Positions 10,661-20,081 of a stretch of 64,000 nt of DNA are shown here, piece by piece. The notes under the pieces are model-generated. The model was not told where the DNA came from. It was given only the letters and a program-made list of their open reading frames with translations, and did no database searches. The DNA comes from an uncultured Chitinophaga sp. Lineage in GTDB: Bacteria > Bacteroidota > Bacteroidia > Chitinophagales > Chitinophagaceae. Positions within the stretch are counted from its first letter, which is position 1, and every line of letters starts with the position of its first letter. Both the position numbers and the translations under genes were made by a program. The DNA lies in contig CAYPOD010000007.1 in assembly GCA_964412375.1 (NCBI GenBank), positions 24,123-88,122 on the forward strand, read 5' to 3'.

Positions 10661-11938
10661 TTATTCAAAGAAAGGAACATTCGGAGCAGCATATTTTTTC
10701 ATCGCTTCCATATTGAGATCAACACCGATACCCGGTTTCTCAGATACTTTAATAAAGCTGTCTTTCACCCAATTTTCTTCATCAAATGTTACAATCTCTC
10801 TGTACATAGCATTGGTATGGAAATAGGATTGCCATTCCATCAGGTGGAAATTAGGTACCGATACACAAACGTGTGCACAGGCCATAGCGCCGAGAAACGA
10901 TGCCACCATATGTGGTGAAAAAGGTTTGTAGTATAAATTGGCAAGATTAGCTATTCGCTGTCCTTCACCTAATCCTCCGCATTTTTGCAGATCTGGCATT
11001 ACAATATCCACACCATTATCCATCAATTGCTTGAATCCATAACCGAGATATACGTTTTCGCCGGCTGCTATGGGTGTATTTGTTTCTGCGCCAATTTCTT
11101 TAAACGCAGCATAGTTCTCTGCCGGAACCGGCTCTTCCAGCCATGTCAGGTTCAAAGGTTCCACTTTTTTGGCGATAGCTTGTGCTGTTACAAAATCATA
11201 CCGCCCATGCATATCCACACAAAGATCAACTTTAGGACCTACTGCTTCCCGTACTGCAGCAAGCTGGTTGTACATCCTGGATATTTCACCAGGGCTGGCA
11301 GTCCAGTTATAACGATCATATTTATCCGGGTCGGAAACATAATCAAGGTCAAATTTCAAGGCATTAAAATTCCAGTTTTTAATAGCTTCTTTTGCAGCAT
11401 CTGCAAAATCTTTTGGCGACGGGAACCGTACACGATAAAGAGCCGTATCACAATATACCCTTACTTTATCACGGAATTTGCCGCCCAACAATTGGTAAAC
11501 AGGAAGACCCAATGTTTTGCCGGCAAGGTCCCACAAGGCGGTTTCGATAGCAGATAAAACAGCAACGTACATGCCTGATTGTCCGCCGCCGAAGTGTGCA
11601 CTTCTGCGGTAATCTTCGAAAATCTTATGCATGTTCAACGGGCTCTGTCCTCTTAATCTTCTTCCGAGGTTTTGCACCAGGTAATAGGTTCCGTTAATTG
11701 CATCCACTCCTTCACCTAAGCCATAAATATCCTGGTCGGATAAAATTTTTACAAACAATTTACCTCCAACATATCCGCACTTTACATCCGTGATCTTTAT
11801 AGCAGATGGTGCTGAATATTTCGGCGTTCTATCAACAGCATCCTCTAATCCTCTTCCAAAGGTTGCCATCGGGGCAAGTGGTACCAAAGCAGCAGCAGCA
11901 GCGGCCTTGGTTAAAAACGATCTTCTTGAATTTGTCAT
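10661..11938 (-). CDS. Enolase-superfamily (mandelate racemase/muconate lactonizing, acid-sugar dehydratase type) protein with Tat signal
   Basis: N-terminus is MTNSRRSFLTKAAAAAALVPLAPMATFG. Also seen are ALWDLAGKTLGLPVYQLLGG, KFDLD, DMHGRY, WLEEP and AAGE, typical of the MR/galactonate dehydratase-like subgroup. Confidence 0.85.
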   Translation of the reverse strand: MTNSRRSFLTKAAAAAALVPLAPMATFGRGLEDAVDRTPKYSAPSAIKITDVKCGYVGGKLFVKILSDQDIYGLGEGVDAINGTYYLVQNLGRRLRGQSPLNMHKIFEDYRRSAHFGGGQSGMYVAVLSAIETALWDLAGKTLGLPVYQLLGGKFRDKVRVYCDTALYRVRFPSPKDFADAAKEAIKNWNFNALKFDLDYVSDPDKYDRYNWTASPGEISRMYNQLAAVREAVGPKVDLCVDMHGRYDFVTAQAIAKKVEPLNLTWLEEPVPAENYAAFKEIGAETNTPIAAGENVYLGYGFKQLMDNGVDIVMPDLQKCGGLGEGQRIANLANLYYKPFSPHMVASFLGAMACAHVCVSVPNFHLMEWQSYFHTNAMYREIVTFDEENWVKDSFIKVSEKPGIGVDLNMEAMKKYAAPNVPFFE

Positions 11939-12009
11939 TATGCTAGTTTTTAAAAATGTGAGATAATTATATTTCTAAACCGGTTTTTCAATCTTCAAAT
12001 TTTTCAGCA

Positions 12010-12996
12010 CTAGTGGGTATTTGTTGGATTGCTGGTGCTTTCTCTTTGTTTTATAAGTTCCAGCACCTGTTCCCTGCCGACAGGTAATTTGTCTACATTA
12101 TCTTTCAGCCACTGTGTAAAGTCTTTTTGAATGGGGTCGGCCCATCTTGCATCAATTTGGCCGGCAGTATATTTTCCTTCCCGTATGCGGAGCTTTCCGA
12201 ACAAATCTTCCAGGCGGACACGTTCTGAATTTTTTACAACTCTTTCTGCCAAATGCGGAGGTATGAAATAAACAACCCCCATTTTACCCAACACCACGTC
12301 GCCGGGCATTACTGTAACACCTTTGATATTAGTTGGCTTATTGATGCCTATAATCATTGTTGTCAGATCCCTGTTATTACCACCGCCTGGGTTATGAAAA
12401 GAGGGATCGTAACTGCTGAAATAAGAGGTAAAGCCACCAAATCCTTTCATTCCTTCCACATCCCGCAATGCACCATCATACACCACGCCGTTACCTGTTT
12501 TTGTATAAATGGAAGTGCCTACCCTGTCTCCAACAGTAGGGCCATTCTTTTTCGCTCCAAACTGATCTACAACGTATACATCACCTTTTTGTAATTGCTC
12601 AACACCCCATACATTCTGAGATACCTTTATTCCCTCCTTTTTTCCCATGGAGTCAATAGCTCTCCAAACATCGGGGCGTCCAGGCATAAATGAAGTAGTG
12701 AAAGCACGGCCTACCAATACACTGTCAGGGTTAATTATTTGTCCCCAGCCATCAGCCATCTGATACCTGTAGCCTGCTCCATTTACAACCTCCCATGCTT
12801 CTTCTATTGTAACAGGTTTCATTCTGTTAAGAATGTCGTCAGAAACTTTAGGACGACCATCGGGAAAACGTTCTCCTTTCCATTCAGGTGTTAACGCAAT
12901 GATTTCTTCTTTGCTGGCCTGTACATACTGGCCTTGTGAATGATTGTAAAAAACGGCAATGGCAATCATCAACAACACAACTCTTGGTTTTAGCAT
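12010..12996 (-). CDS. RraA-family (aldolase/decarboxylase-like, PF03737-type) protein with Sec-type signal peptide
   Basis: The N-terminus MLKPRVVLLMIAIAVFYNHSQGQ is hydrophobic. GDVYVVDQFG...TVGDRVGT...GNGVVYDGALRDVEGM...VTVMPGDVVLGKMGVVYFIP follows the RraA/HMG-aldolase-like pattern. Confidence 0.7.
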   Translation of the reverse strand: MLKPRVVLLMIAIAVFYNHSQGQYVQASKEEIIALTPEWKGERFPDGRPKVSDDILNRMKPVTIEEAWEVVNGAGYRYQMADGWGQIINPDSVLVGRAFTTSFMPGRPDVWRAIDSMGKKEGIKVSQNVWGVEQLQKGDVYVVDQFGAKKNGPTVGDRVGTSIYTKTGNGVVYDGALRDVEGMKGFGGFTSYFSSYDPSFHNPGGGNNRDLTTMIIGINKPTNIKGVTVMPGDVVLGKMGVVYFIPPHLAERVVKNSERVRLEDLFGKLRIREGKYTAGQIDARWADPIQKDFTQWLKDNVDKLPVGREQVLELIKQRESTSNPTNTH

Positions 12997-13038
12997 AAAT
13001 AAAATTTTATATGATGAGCTAATAATTAAAAAACTATA

Positions 13039-14163
13039 TTAAGACGCTGATTTTGAAATTTCCTTTTCCCCTATCACATCCTTGGGAGTGCGACCATGCC
13101 ACCAGCTTGCCAGCACAGACCCGGTAATATTCATTAGCGGACCGAATACAGCTGCAGCCAGGCCTACTGTAGCCACCTTTCCCATTTCCTTAGCTATGCC
13201 GGATGCAAGTCCGGCGTTTTGCATACCTACTTCGAGTGCAACAGTGCGGCAATCTCTTTCCGGCATCCTGAACAACCTGGCGCCCCAGTATCCCAAAAAA
13301 TAACCTGCTGTGTTATGAATTAATCCTATTAAGATCAGCAGTGGCCCGATCGTTAAAAGGTTATCCCTGCCCGCAGCCACGATAATTGTAATGATGATGG
13401 CAATGCTGAGCATAGACACATAAGGCATGGCATTATCCAGCCATTTTATTTTCCCGCTAAGCAGTTTATTAAAAATCAATCCGCCACCAATCGGGATGAT
13501 GATCATTTTAAAAATATCCCACATCATTTTGGTTACTTCAATTTCAACCAATTCCCCGGCCAGCAACTTCATGAGCAGTGGAGTAACAAATGGCGCAATA
13601 AGGGTTGTAATGGAAGTGATAGTGACGGACAATGCTAAGTTAGCTTTTGCGAGGTACGCCATCACATTTGAGGCAAGCCCGCTGGGTGAACAGCCGATAA
13701 GAATGATGCCTGCTGCGACTTCAGGAGAAAATCCCGAAAAACTTGCCAGCGCAAACCCTAAAAATGGCATAATGGCAAACTGGCTCAGCACACCCACGAT
13801 GACACCTTTAGGTGATTTGACCACAGCAGCAAAATCATTCAGGCTCATGGAGGCGCCCATACCAAACATCAGCACTTGTATCAGGGGGATTATAAGACTG
13901 CTTACTTTGAAGTCACCCCATTGCTGAAAATAGCCGGGATGATACATGGCTAATGCCACTGCTGCAAAAATGATGACGGTAAATGACATACCCCGCAAAT
14001 GCCTGTTGCCCCTGAAGGCAATGGCGAGGTTTACAAAAACCAATGCCAGCATCCAGCCGGCAGCATTTTGGTTTTGCTTATAGGTAAATAGAATAAATAA
14101 AAATAAGAACAACCCTGCTATGCCATAAAACAAGCCGTATTTTTTTCCTGTTGATTCGCTCAT
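13039..14163 (-). CDS. Bile acid:sodium symporter (BASS) family transporter
   Basis: Polytopic membrane protein. LMFGMGASMSLNDF and GCSPSGLASNVM are typical of the SBF/BASS fold. Confidence 0.8.
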   Translation of the reverse strand: MSESTGKKYGLFYGIAGLFLFLFILFTYKQNQNAAGWMLALVFVNLAIAFRGNRHLRGMSFTVIIFAAVALAMYHPGYFQQWGDFKVSSLIIPLIQVLMFGMGASMSLNDFAAVVKSPKGVIVGVLSQFAIMPFLGFALASFSGFSPEVAAGIILIGCSPSGLASNVMAYLAKANLALSVTITSITTLIAPFVTPLLMKLLAGELVEIEVTKMMWDIFKMIIIPIGGGLIFNKLLSGKIKWLDNAMPYVSMLSIAIIITIIVAAGRDNLLTIGPLLILIGLIHNTAGYFLGYWGARLFRMPERDCRTVALEVGMQNAGLASGIAKEMGKVATVGLAAAVFGPLMNITGSVLASWWHGRTPKDVIGEKEISKSAS

Positions 14164-14209
14164 TAGTTTTATTTTAAGTCTTTACCGAACTATAAACTTT
14201 GCTATTTCT

Positions 14210-15745
14210 TTAGCCCTGGTTGCCATTTGAATGATGCTGCAAAGCAGCTATATCTGCAAATTCGCCGGCCAGTTTTGTACTTAGACGTTCAAAAATTTTA
14301 AAATACTTCATGTAACTCTTATGATTTTTTTTATCGGGTGTGGCAAAATCCGGCAACACTACTGTTTTCACCGCTTCATCCAGTGATTCATAGATACCCA
14401 TTTCAGTTGCACTCAACAGGTAAGAGCCGTAGCTCACACTATGATAGTTCTGTCTTAACCTTACCGGTTTATTATATATATCCGCCACCATCTGCGTAAA
14501 GAACGGCAGTGAGCCAAAGCTGCCGTTGATGGAAAGACTGTTGATGACACGATGTTCTTCAAGGATTTTTCCAATGCTGTAAATGCCATATAAAACACCC
14601 TCAATAGTAGCTCTTACAAAATGTGCTTTCTCATGTTTGATGTTCAAACCAAAATATACACCACGGGCATTGGCATTCCAGATCGGGGCCCTTTCACCCA
14701 GCAGGTAGGGCAGGAAGATCAACCCGTCCGATCCCGGCGCCACATTCGCAGCATCGTTGATCAGTTCGTGCATGCTGTGCTCTATGTCAAATGGATTTTT
14801 AAAATCGCCAAACTGTCTGGTAAACCATTCGAAAATGACACCGCCGTTGTTGGTGGGGCCGCCGGAAACATAGCGGTTCTCCGTCAGCAGGTAATTAAAG
14901 AAACGTTGCTTGTCATCCTGCAGCACTTTGTCACTCATCACCCTGACAGCGCCGCTGTCCTCCACAGTGATAGTGGCTGTACCTTCGCCGTTTATCCCGT
15001 CACCCAATATTGCCATGCAACCATCACTTGAGCCAACCAGTATCCTCGTATCAGCTGAGAGACCCAATGAGGTTTGATAAGCTTTGCTGAGTTTGCCCGA
15101 GCGGGTGAATACGGGTACCGGTTCGGGCAACATAGCAGCAGTGATGCCGGCAAATTTCAGTGAATCTGGTTCCCATTTTATTTTATGGATGTTCAGCAAA
15201 CCTGTAGCAGATGCAATGCTGTAATCCATCATGTATTCACCGGTCAGTTGTTGCAGGATATAACTTTTCAGCGATAGAAATTTGCTGACCTGTTTGAATT
15301 TCTCTGTTTCGTTGTTTTTGATCCATGCTATTTTTGCCAGCGGTGACATGGGGTGCAAAGGAGTGCCGGTGGCATTATATATTTTTTTGCCCTGTGCAGA
15401 GCTTTTCAATTGCAATGCTTCCTTGTTGGCCCTGTTGTCAGCCCAGGTGATGGCATAGCCCATCGGGTTACCCCTTTTATCCACAGCCAGTAAACTGTGC
15501 ATGGATGAACTGAAACAGATACATGACACTTTGTATTTCTGTGGATGAACAAAATCATTCAACAGGTTTTTCAGCACATACAACATGGTAATAAATATCT
15601 GGTCGGGATCCTGTTCACTGTAATCAGGTTCGCTGTGAAAAGTGGGACAGTATCCTTTCAGCGATCCAATGATGTTGCCATTAAGGTCAAAAGCATATAC
15701 TCTCACTGCATTGGTGCCAAGTTCTATAGTGATGATACATTCCAT
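14210..15745 (-). CDS. FGGY-family carbohydrate kinase (gluconokinase/xylulokinase-like)
   Basis: The length is 511 aa. N-terminal IIELGTNAVRVYAFD matches the actin-like ATPase phosphate-1 motif. GSSDGCMA and GGPTNNGG fit FGGY N and C domains. Confidence 0.85.
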   Translation of the reverse strand: MECIITIELGTNAVRVYAFDLNGNIIGSLKGYCPTFHSEPDYSEQDPDQIFITMLYVLKNLLNDFVHPQKYKVSCICFSSSMHSLLAVDKRGNPMGYAITWADNRANKEALQLKSSAQGKKIYNATGTPLHPMSPLAKIAWIKNNETEKFKQVSKFLSLKSYILQQLTGEYMMDYSIASATGLLNIHKIKWEPDSLKFAGITAAMLPEPVPVFTRSGKLSKAYQTSLGLSADTRILVGSSDGCMAILGDGINGEGTATITVEDSGAVRVMSDKVLQDDKQRFFNYLLTENRYVSGGPTNNGGVIFEWFTRQFGDFKNPFDIEHSMHELINDAANVAPGSDGLIFLPYLLGERAPIWNANARGVYFGLNIKHEKAHFVRATIEGVLYGIYSIGKILEEHRVINSLSINGSFGSLPFFTQMVADIYNKPVRLRQNYHSVSYGSYLLSATEMGIYESLDEAVKTVVLPDFATPDKKNHKSYMKYFKIFERLSTKLAGEFADIAALQHHSNGNQG

Positions 15746-15755
15746 AATATTCTTT

Positions 15756-16643
15756 TTATTTTGTCCTTAAATGGTTTTTCCTGAACTGGCTGGGTGTATA
15801 CCCTGTCAGTTTCTTGAAAGTGGTGGAAAAATGCTGTGATGAATAAAAACCGGTATCCAGGGCGATGTCTGTGAGGCTGATAGACGGCTGCTTCAGCAAC
15901 TTTATGGCTTCTGATATACGAATATTGATCAGGTAGCTCAGCGGTGAAAACCCGGAATAGCTTTTTACTTTTTCATTGAATAAAGTGGTGCCTAAACCCA
16001 CCAGTGCGGCCATTTCTTCCACTGTCCATTGATGGGACAGGTTGCGGCGAAGCTCCTGCTCCAGTTTCATGAAGGTTCCGGGAAAATCTCTTCCCGGATT
16101 GGAAATACGGGTAAAATACCTTGCTATTTGGATAAATATTTCATCCAGTAAATGATTTACTCTTGCCTGGTATCCTATCTCCTGTGTAAATATTTCTGAC
16201 TGGATAGTTTTAAAGATGTTGCCGATTTCGTGAAATTTTTGAAGCACGGGTGAATGATCAGATTGCAACACTTTACTTACAGTATGACTTTCCTTATCTG
16301 TTAAATTGCTCCAGGAACCGGTTACAAACTCCCCTCTTTCGTTCTTGTCCATTTTAATATGTATCCAGAAAAAAGAACCTATCTCCAGTACATTGCCCTC
16401 ATTCCCAAAAGTTTCTTCCGGCAACACCAATGCTGCATCGCCGGGGTAAAAGACAAAGGAGCGCTGGTTGATCGTCCATTCAAATTTCCCTTCCTGGACA
16501 TAATATATTCTCAGCCCCTGTTTTGTTCCGCAAGGAAACCCACTCAGCCGGATGGCAGGATTTTTTACAGCGCCGATTTCTATGATATGCTGAAACAACC
16601 GTAGCTCTAAAGCAGTTTTATTACAAAGTACAAATTGATTCAT
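15756..16643 (-). CDS. AraC-family transcriptional regulator (cupin sensor domain plus HTH)
   Basis: The C-terminus WTVEEMAALVGLGTTLFNEKVKSYSGFSPLSYLINIRISEAIKLL...DIALDTGFYSSQHFSTTFKKLTGYTPSQFR is a classic AraC double HTH. I chose the ATG at 16643 because the listed ORF start at 16649 is a TTG. Confidence 0.85.
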   Translation of the reverse strand: MNQFVLCNKTALELRLFQHIIEIGAVKNPAIRLSGFPCGTKQGLRIYYVQEGKFEWTINQRSFVFYPGDAALVLPEETFGNEGNVLEIGSFFWIHIKMDKNERGEFVTGSWSNLTDKESHTVSKVLQSDHSPVLQKFHEIGNIFKTIQSEIFTQEIGYQARVNHLLDEIFIQIARYFTRISNPGRDFPGTFMKLEQELRRNLSHQWTVEEMAALVGLGTTLFNEKVKSYSGFSPLSYLINIRISEAIKLLKQPSISLTDIALDTGFYSSQHFSTTFKKLTGYTPSQFRKNHLRTK

Positions 16644-16872
16644 ATGCAATTCAGAACAAGCAGTTAATGAGCCTTTCTTCGCAATCGTTGCTTACTAATT
16701 CAGCAGTATATAAAGAAAGGAAATTTCCGCCAACTGAATTTACAAAATTCAACAAAGTTCTTTATTGGAAGATTCTGATTTACAACCTCGATACTTTAGT
16801 ACCGGATTGCGTAAACCCAGGGAGAGGTTTTGCTGTCTCTGGAATTATTCATTTATCAAAACGACTTGCTTT

Positions 16873-19800
16873 ATGAAGGAAAATCAACGACCCGTCAAAA
16901 CGGGTTTTGGCAGACTTGCCTGCTTGCTGCTATTCTTCACCTTACTTTCGGTTACAGTACATGCACAGCAGGTTACCGGAACGGTAACCGATGATGAAAA
17001 AAAACCTGTTGCTGATGCATCCGTATCAGTGAAAGGCACCCGGAATGCCACAATGACTAACAACGACGGTAAATTCACTATCAATGCCGGCGGCAATGCT
17101 GTGCTGGTCATTACCCACGTAAGTTTTATGACACTGGAAATCCCGCTTAACAACCGGACCACTATTACCGTGGAGCTGGTAAAGAAAGATGGAACAGGTC
17201 TGGACGAAGTGGTGGTGACGGCTTTGGGTGTGAGACGTCAGTCAAAAAAACTGGGCTATGCCGCAACTTCTGTTAATACGGAAGAACTGGTCACCCAACG
17301 AACCACTAATATGATGGAGTCGCTGGAAGGTAAAGTGGCTGGCCTGAACATTACACCTCCTGCTGCCGGTGCCGGCGCCAGCACACAGATTCGTCTTCGC
17401 GGGCAAGCTGCATTTGCAGGTGCGAACAATGCTCCTCTTCTTGTCATCAATGGTCTGCCCATGGACCAGGATGCAAGAGGCGCCAACGGAAACGGTCAGA
17501 TTGCCCAAAGGGACCGTGGTGATAACCTGCAAAACATTAACCCGGATGATATTGAAAGCATGACCGTACTGAAAGGAGCAACTGCCGCCGCTATCTATGG
17601 CGCCAGGGCGGCCAATGGTGCGATCATTATCACTACCAAATCCGGCCAAAAGAACAGGGGCATCGGTGTAGATTTCACTTCGAGCTATACTATTTCAAAG
17701 GCCATGAACTTCTTTGATGAAATAACGCAGACAGAATACGGGCAAGGCCTTGCAGGTGCCCGGTTCACTACAGCTGGTCAAGCACAGGGCAATGGACAAT
17801 TTGGATGGGGAGAAAGATTGGATGGAGTGCCCACAATTAATTATGACGGAATCATGAGACCCTATTCTGCCCACCCTTACCAGCTTTTTGACTTTCTACA
17901 AACAGGAACCAATTTCACCAATACATTAGGATTGTCTGGCGGTGGTGCTAATGGAAGTTTCAGGGCATCAATCTCCAACACAGACTCCCGTGGCATTCAG
18001 CCTACCAATGAATATAAAAGAAGAATATTCAATCTGGGGATTACCCATGATGTAACCAAGAAGCTTAAACTGATGCTTAACATCAACTATGCTGATGAAG
18101 ACAACATCAACCCCCCGCAAATTGGTACACAGGGTGAAGGTGCAGTAAACTTCTTCACCAGGATGCCGATCTCTGTTCCGCTGGAGGCTTATAAGGAAAG
18201 CGTAATTGATCCTGCTACCGGCGCCGAATGGCGGACCAATGGTTTCCAGGGTACGATCAACAACCCCTTCTTCCAGTTGGTAAAAAAACAATTTTTTAAA
18301 GAGGATAGAAATCGCCTTCTTGGAACAGCTACTTTGCGTTATGATATAACGAGCTGGTTGTATGCACAAGGCAGGTTCAATCTTGACCGTAGCAACAGTT
18401 TTATGGAATGGAATGTACTGAATGGCGCCGGAGCTACTACTCTTTTAAATGGTGACAATACATACAGAGGTGCCTATAATATCAGACAGGATGCAACAAC
18501 CGATATTAATGCAGATTTCCTTATAGGCAGCAGCCATAAGATTAAAGATTTCACAGTTGATGCCAGCTTTGGCGGCAATACGCTAAGGACCCAGTGGCAG
18601 CGCAATGAACAAGGTGCAACCAATTTCACCGTACCGGATCTATATTCCATAGCTAATGGAACCATTCGGACCCAGGGTTATGGTTTTTCCAGGAGCCGCA
18701 TCAATTCGCTATATGGCTGGGCTGAGTTAGGATACAAAGACCTTTTATTCCTGAACTTTTCAGGTAGAAATGACTGGTTCTCTGTCCTGAATCCTGCCCA
18801 AAACAGCAAGTTCTATCCATCAGTATCCGGTAGCTTTATTTTTTCTGAATTGCTGAAAAGCCAGAGCTGGCTGAACTATGGTAAACTGAGGGCTTCCTGG
18901 GCAAAAGTGGGTAGTACAAATGGTGTGAATCCATTCGATGGTATTTTGACCTATGGAATTAACCAGAACCAGTTTAATGGACAGACCTTAGCCGGTGTTG
19001 CCGGTGGTAATGCACCCAATCCTTTCCTGCAGCCCTTTACCATTACAGAAAAAGAAATCGGTGTTGAATTGAAAATGTTTAAGAACAAAGTATTGCTGGA
19101 TGTCGCCGTATTTGATAAAGTGACAACCGACCAGATACTGAATGTTGTTCTTTCTAACTCATCCGGCTATTCCGGTTCACAACAAAACAAAGCTTCGCTG
19201 AAAAACAGCGGACTTGAAACTCTTCTTGAAGTAAGGGCCGTTCAAAACCGTAATTTCAGCTGGACCACTTCATGGAATAATGCTTATCTCAAAACTAAAG
19301 TTCTTGATGTCGGAAATGATAACGGAACAATTCTGCTGTTATTCTTTAACGGAACAGGAAACGAGTTTCTCGGTGAGATAAGATATACCGAGGGATTGGC
19401 CATGAACCAGCTTTACACCCGTACATACAGGAGAAATAACAAAGGGGAAGTGGTTGTGAGTAATGCGGGTCGTTTGCTCGCATCAACCGGCGGACCTGTG
19501 GGTAATGGATTCTTCCCTGTTGGCAGCTCCATTCCCAAATTTACCGGTGGATGGAACAACACATTTACATTTAATAAACTGAGTGTAGGGTTACATATTG
19601 ACTATAAATTTGGCGGCACTGTATTGGGTTCCACCCTGCTGAACATGACCCGCCAGGGACACTCCAAAATGTCACTGGAAGGAAGGGAAAACGGATTAAT
19701 CATTCCTGCTGTTTATGAAAGCACCGGGCTGCCTAATACTTCCGTTATACCTGTTGCAAGTTTGCAAGGACATTATACAGACTACAGGAACCTGCAGATC

Positions 19801-20076
19801 GGGGACCCCTTCACATTCAAGTCAGATTTTGTTAAACTTAGAAACGTGTCAGTATCATATGACCTGACCTCGATGATCAACAAAACACCGGCATTGAATT
19901 TTGTTAAAGGCCTGGTGATTTCAGCAGCTTGCCGTAATGCAGCGATACTTCACAAGGATATTCCCGGTTTGGATCCGGAAGCTATCCAGTCTTCCGGTGA
20001 TTTCAGGGCAGGTTATGAAAATTCATCTATGCCAACCACCCGTAATTTCAACTTTACCTTAAACGTCAAATTCTAA
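16873..20076 (+). CDS. SusC/RagA-family TonB-dependent outer-membrane transporter
   Basis: The in-frame ATG at 16873 gives MKENQRPVK...LLSVTVHAQQ (signal). VTGTVTDDEKKPVADASVSVKG is the carboxypeptidase-regulatory-like domain. LDEVVVTALG is the TonB box/plug, and the protein ends in F. No STN domain is visible. The longer ORF from 16765 is rejected. Confidence 0.9.
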   Translation: MKENQRPVKTGFGRLACLLLFFTLLSVTVHAQQVTGTVTDDEKKPVADASVSVKGTRNATMTNNDGKFTINAGGNAVLVITHVSFMTLEIPLNNRTTITVELVKKDGTGLDEVVVTALGVRRQSKKLGYAATSVNTEELVTQRTTNMMESLEGKVAGLNITPPAAGAGASTQIRLRGQAAFAGANNAPLLVINGLPMDQDARGANGNGQIAQRDRGDNLQNINPDDIESMTVLKGATAAAIYGARAANGAIIITTKSGQKNRGIGVDFTSSYTISKAMNFFDEITQTEYGQGLAGARFTTAGQAQGNGQFGWGERLDGVPTINYDGIMRPYSAHPYQLFDFLQTGTNFTNTLGLSGGGANGSFRASISNTDSRGIQPTNEYKRRIFNLGITHDVTKKLKLMLNINYADEDNINPPQIGTQGEGAVNFFTRMPISVPLEAYKESVIDPATGAEWRTNGFQGTINNPFFQLVKKQFFKEDRNRLLGTATLRYDITSWLYAQGRFNLDRSNSFMEWNVLNGAGATTLLNGDNTYRGAYNIRQDATTDINADFLIGSSHKIKDFTVDASFGGNTLRTQWQRNEQGATNFTVPDLYSIANGTIRTQGYGFSRSRINSLYGWAELGYKDLLFLNFSGRNDWFSVLNPAQNSKFYPSVSGSFIFSELLKSQSWLNYGKLRASWAKVGSTNGVNPFDGILTYGINQNQFNGQTLAGVAGGNAPNPFLQPFTITEKEIGVELKMFKNKVLLDVAVFDKVTTDQILNVVLSNSSGYSGSQQNKASLKNSGLETLLEVRAVQNRNFSWTTSWNNAYLKTKVLDVGNDNGTILLLFFNGTGNEFLGEIRYTEGLAMNQLYTRTYRRNNKGEVVVSNAGRLLASTGGPVGNGFFPVGSSIPKFTGGWNNTFTFNKLSVGLHIDYKFGGTVLGSTLLNMTRQGHSKMSLEGRENGLIIPAVYESTGLPNTSVIPVASLQGHYTDYRNLQIGDPFTFKSDFVKLRNVSVSYDLTSMINKTPALNFVKGLVISAACRNAAILHKDIPGLDPEAIQSSGDFRAGYENSSMPTTRNFNFTLNVKF

Positions 20077-20081
20077 GCCAT

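Noticed and set aside
16765-16872. N-terminal extensions of listed ORFs: SusC from 16765, metY from 42274, metX from 43565, the DUF1972 GT from 49027, GT2 from 46042, the epimerase to 48219, Wzx to 53127, L25 to 35226, uvrA to 40117 and IlvD/Edd from 21932.
   Set aside because: The extensions use non-ATG starts or overlap upstream genes or terminators, and they add non-homologous sequence ahead of canonical N-termini (signal peptides or Rossmann starts). Internal ATG starts fit far better.
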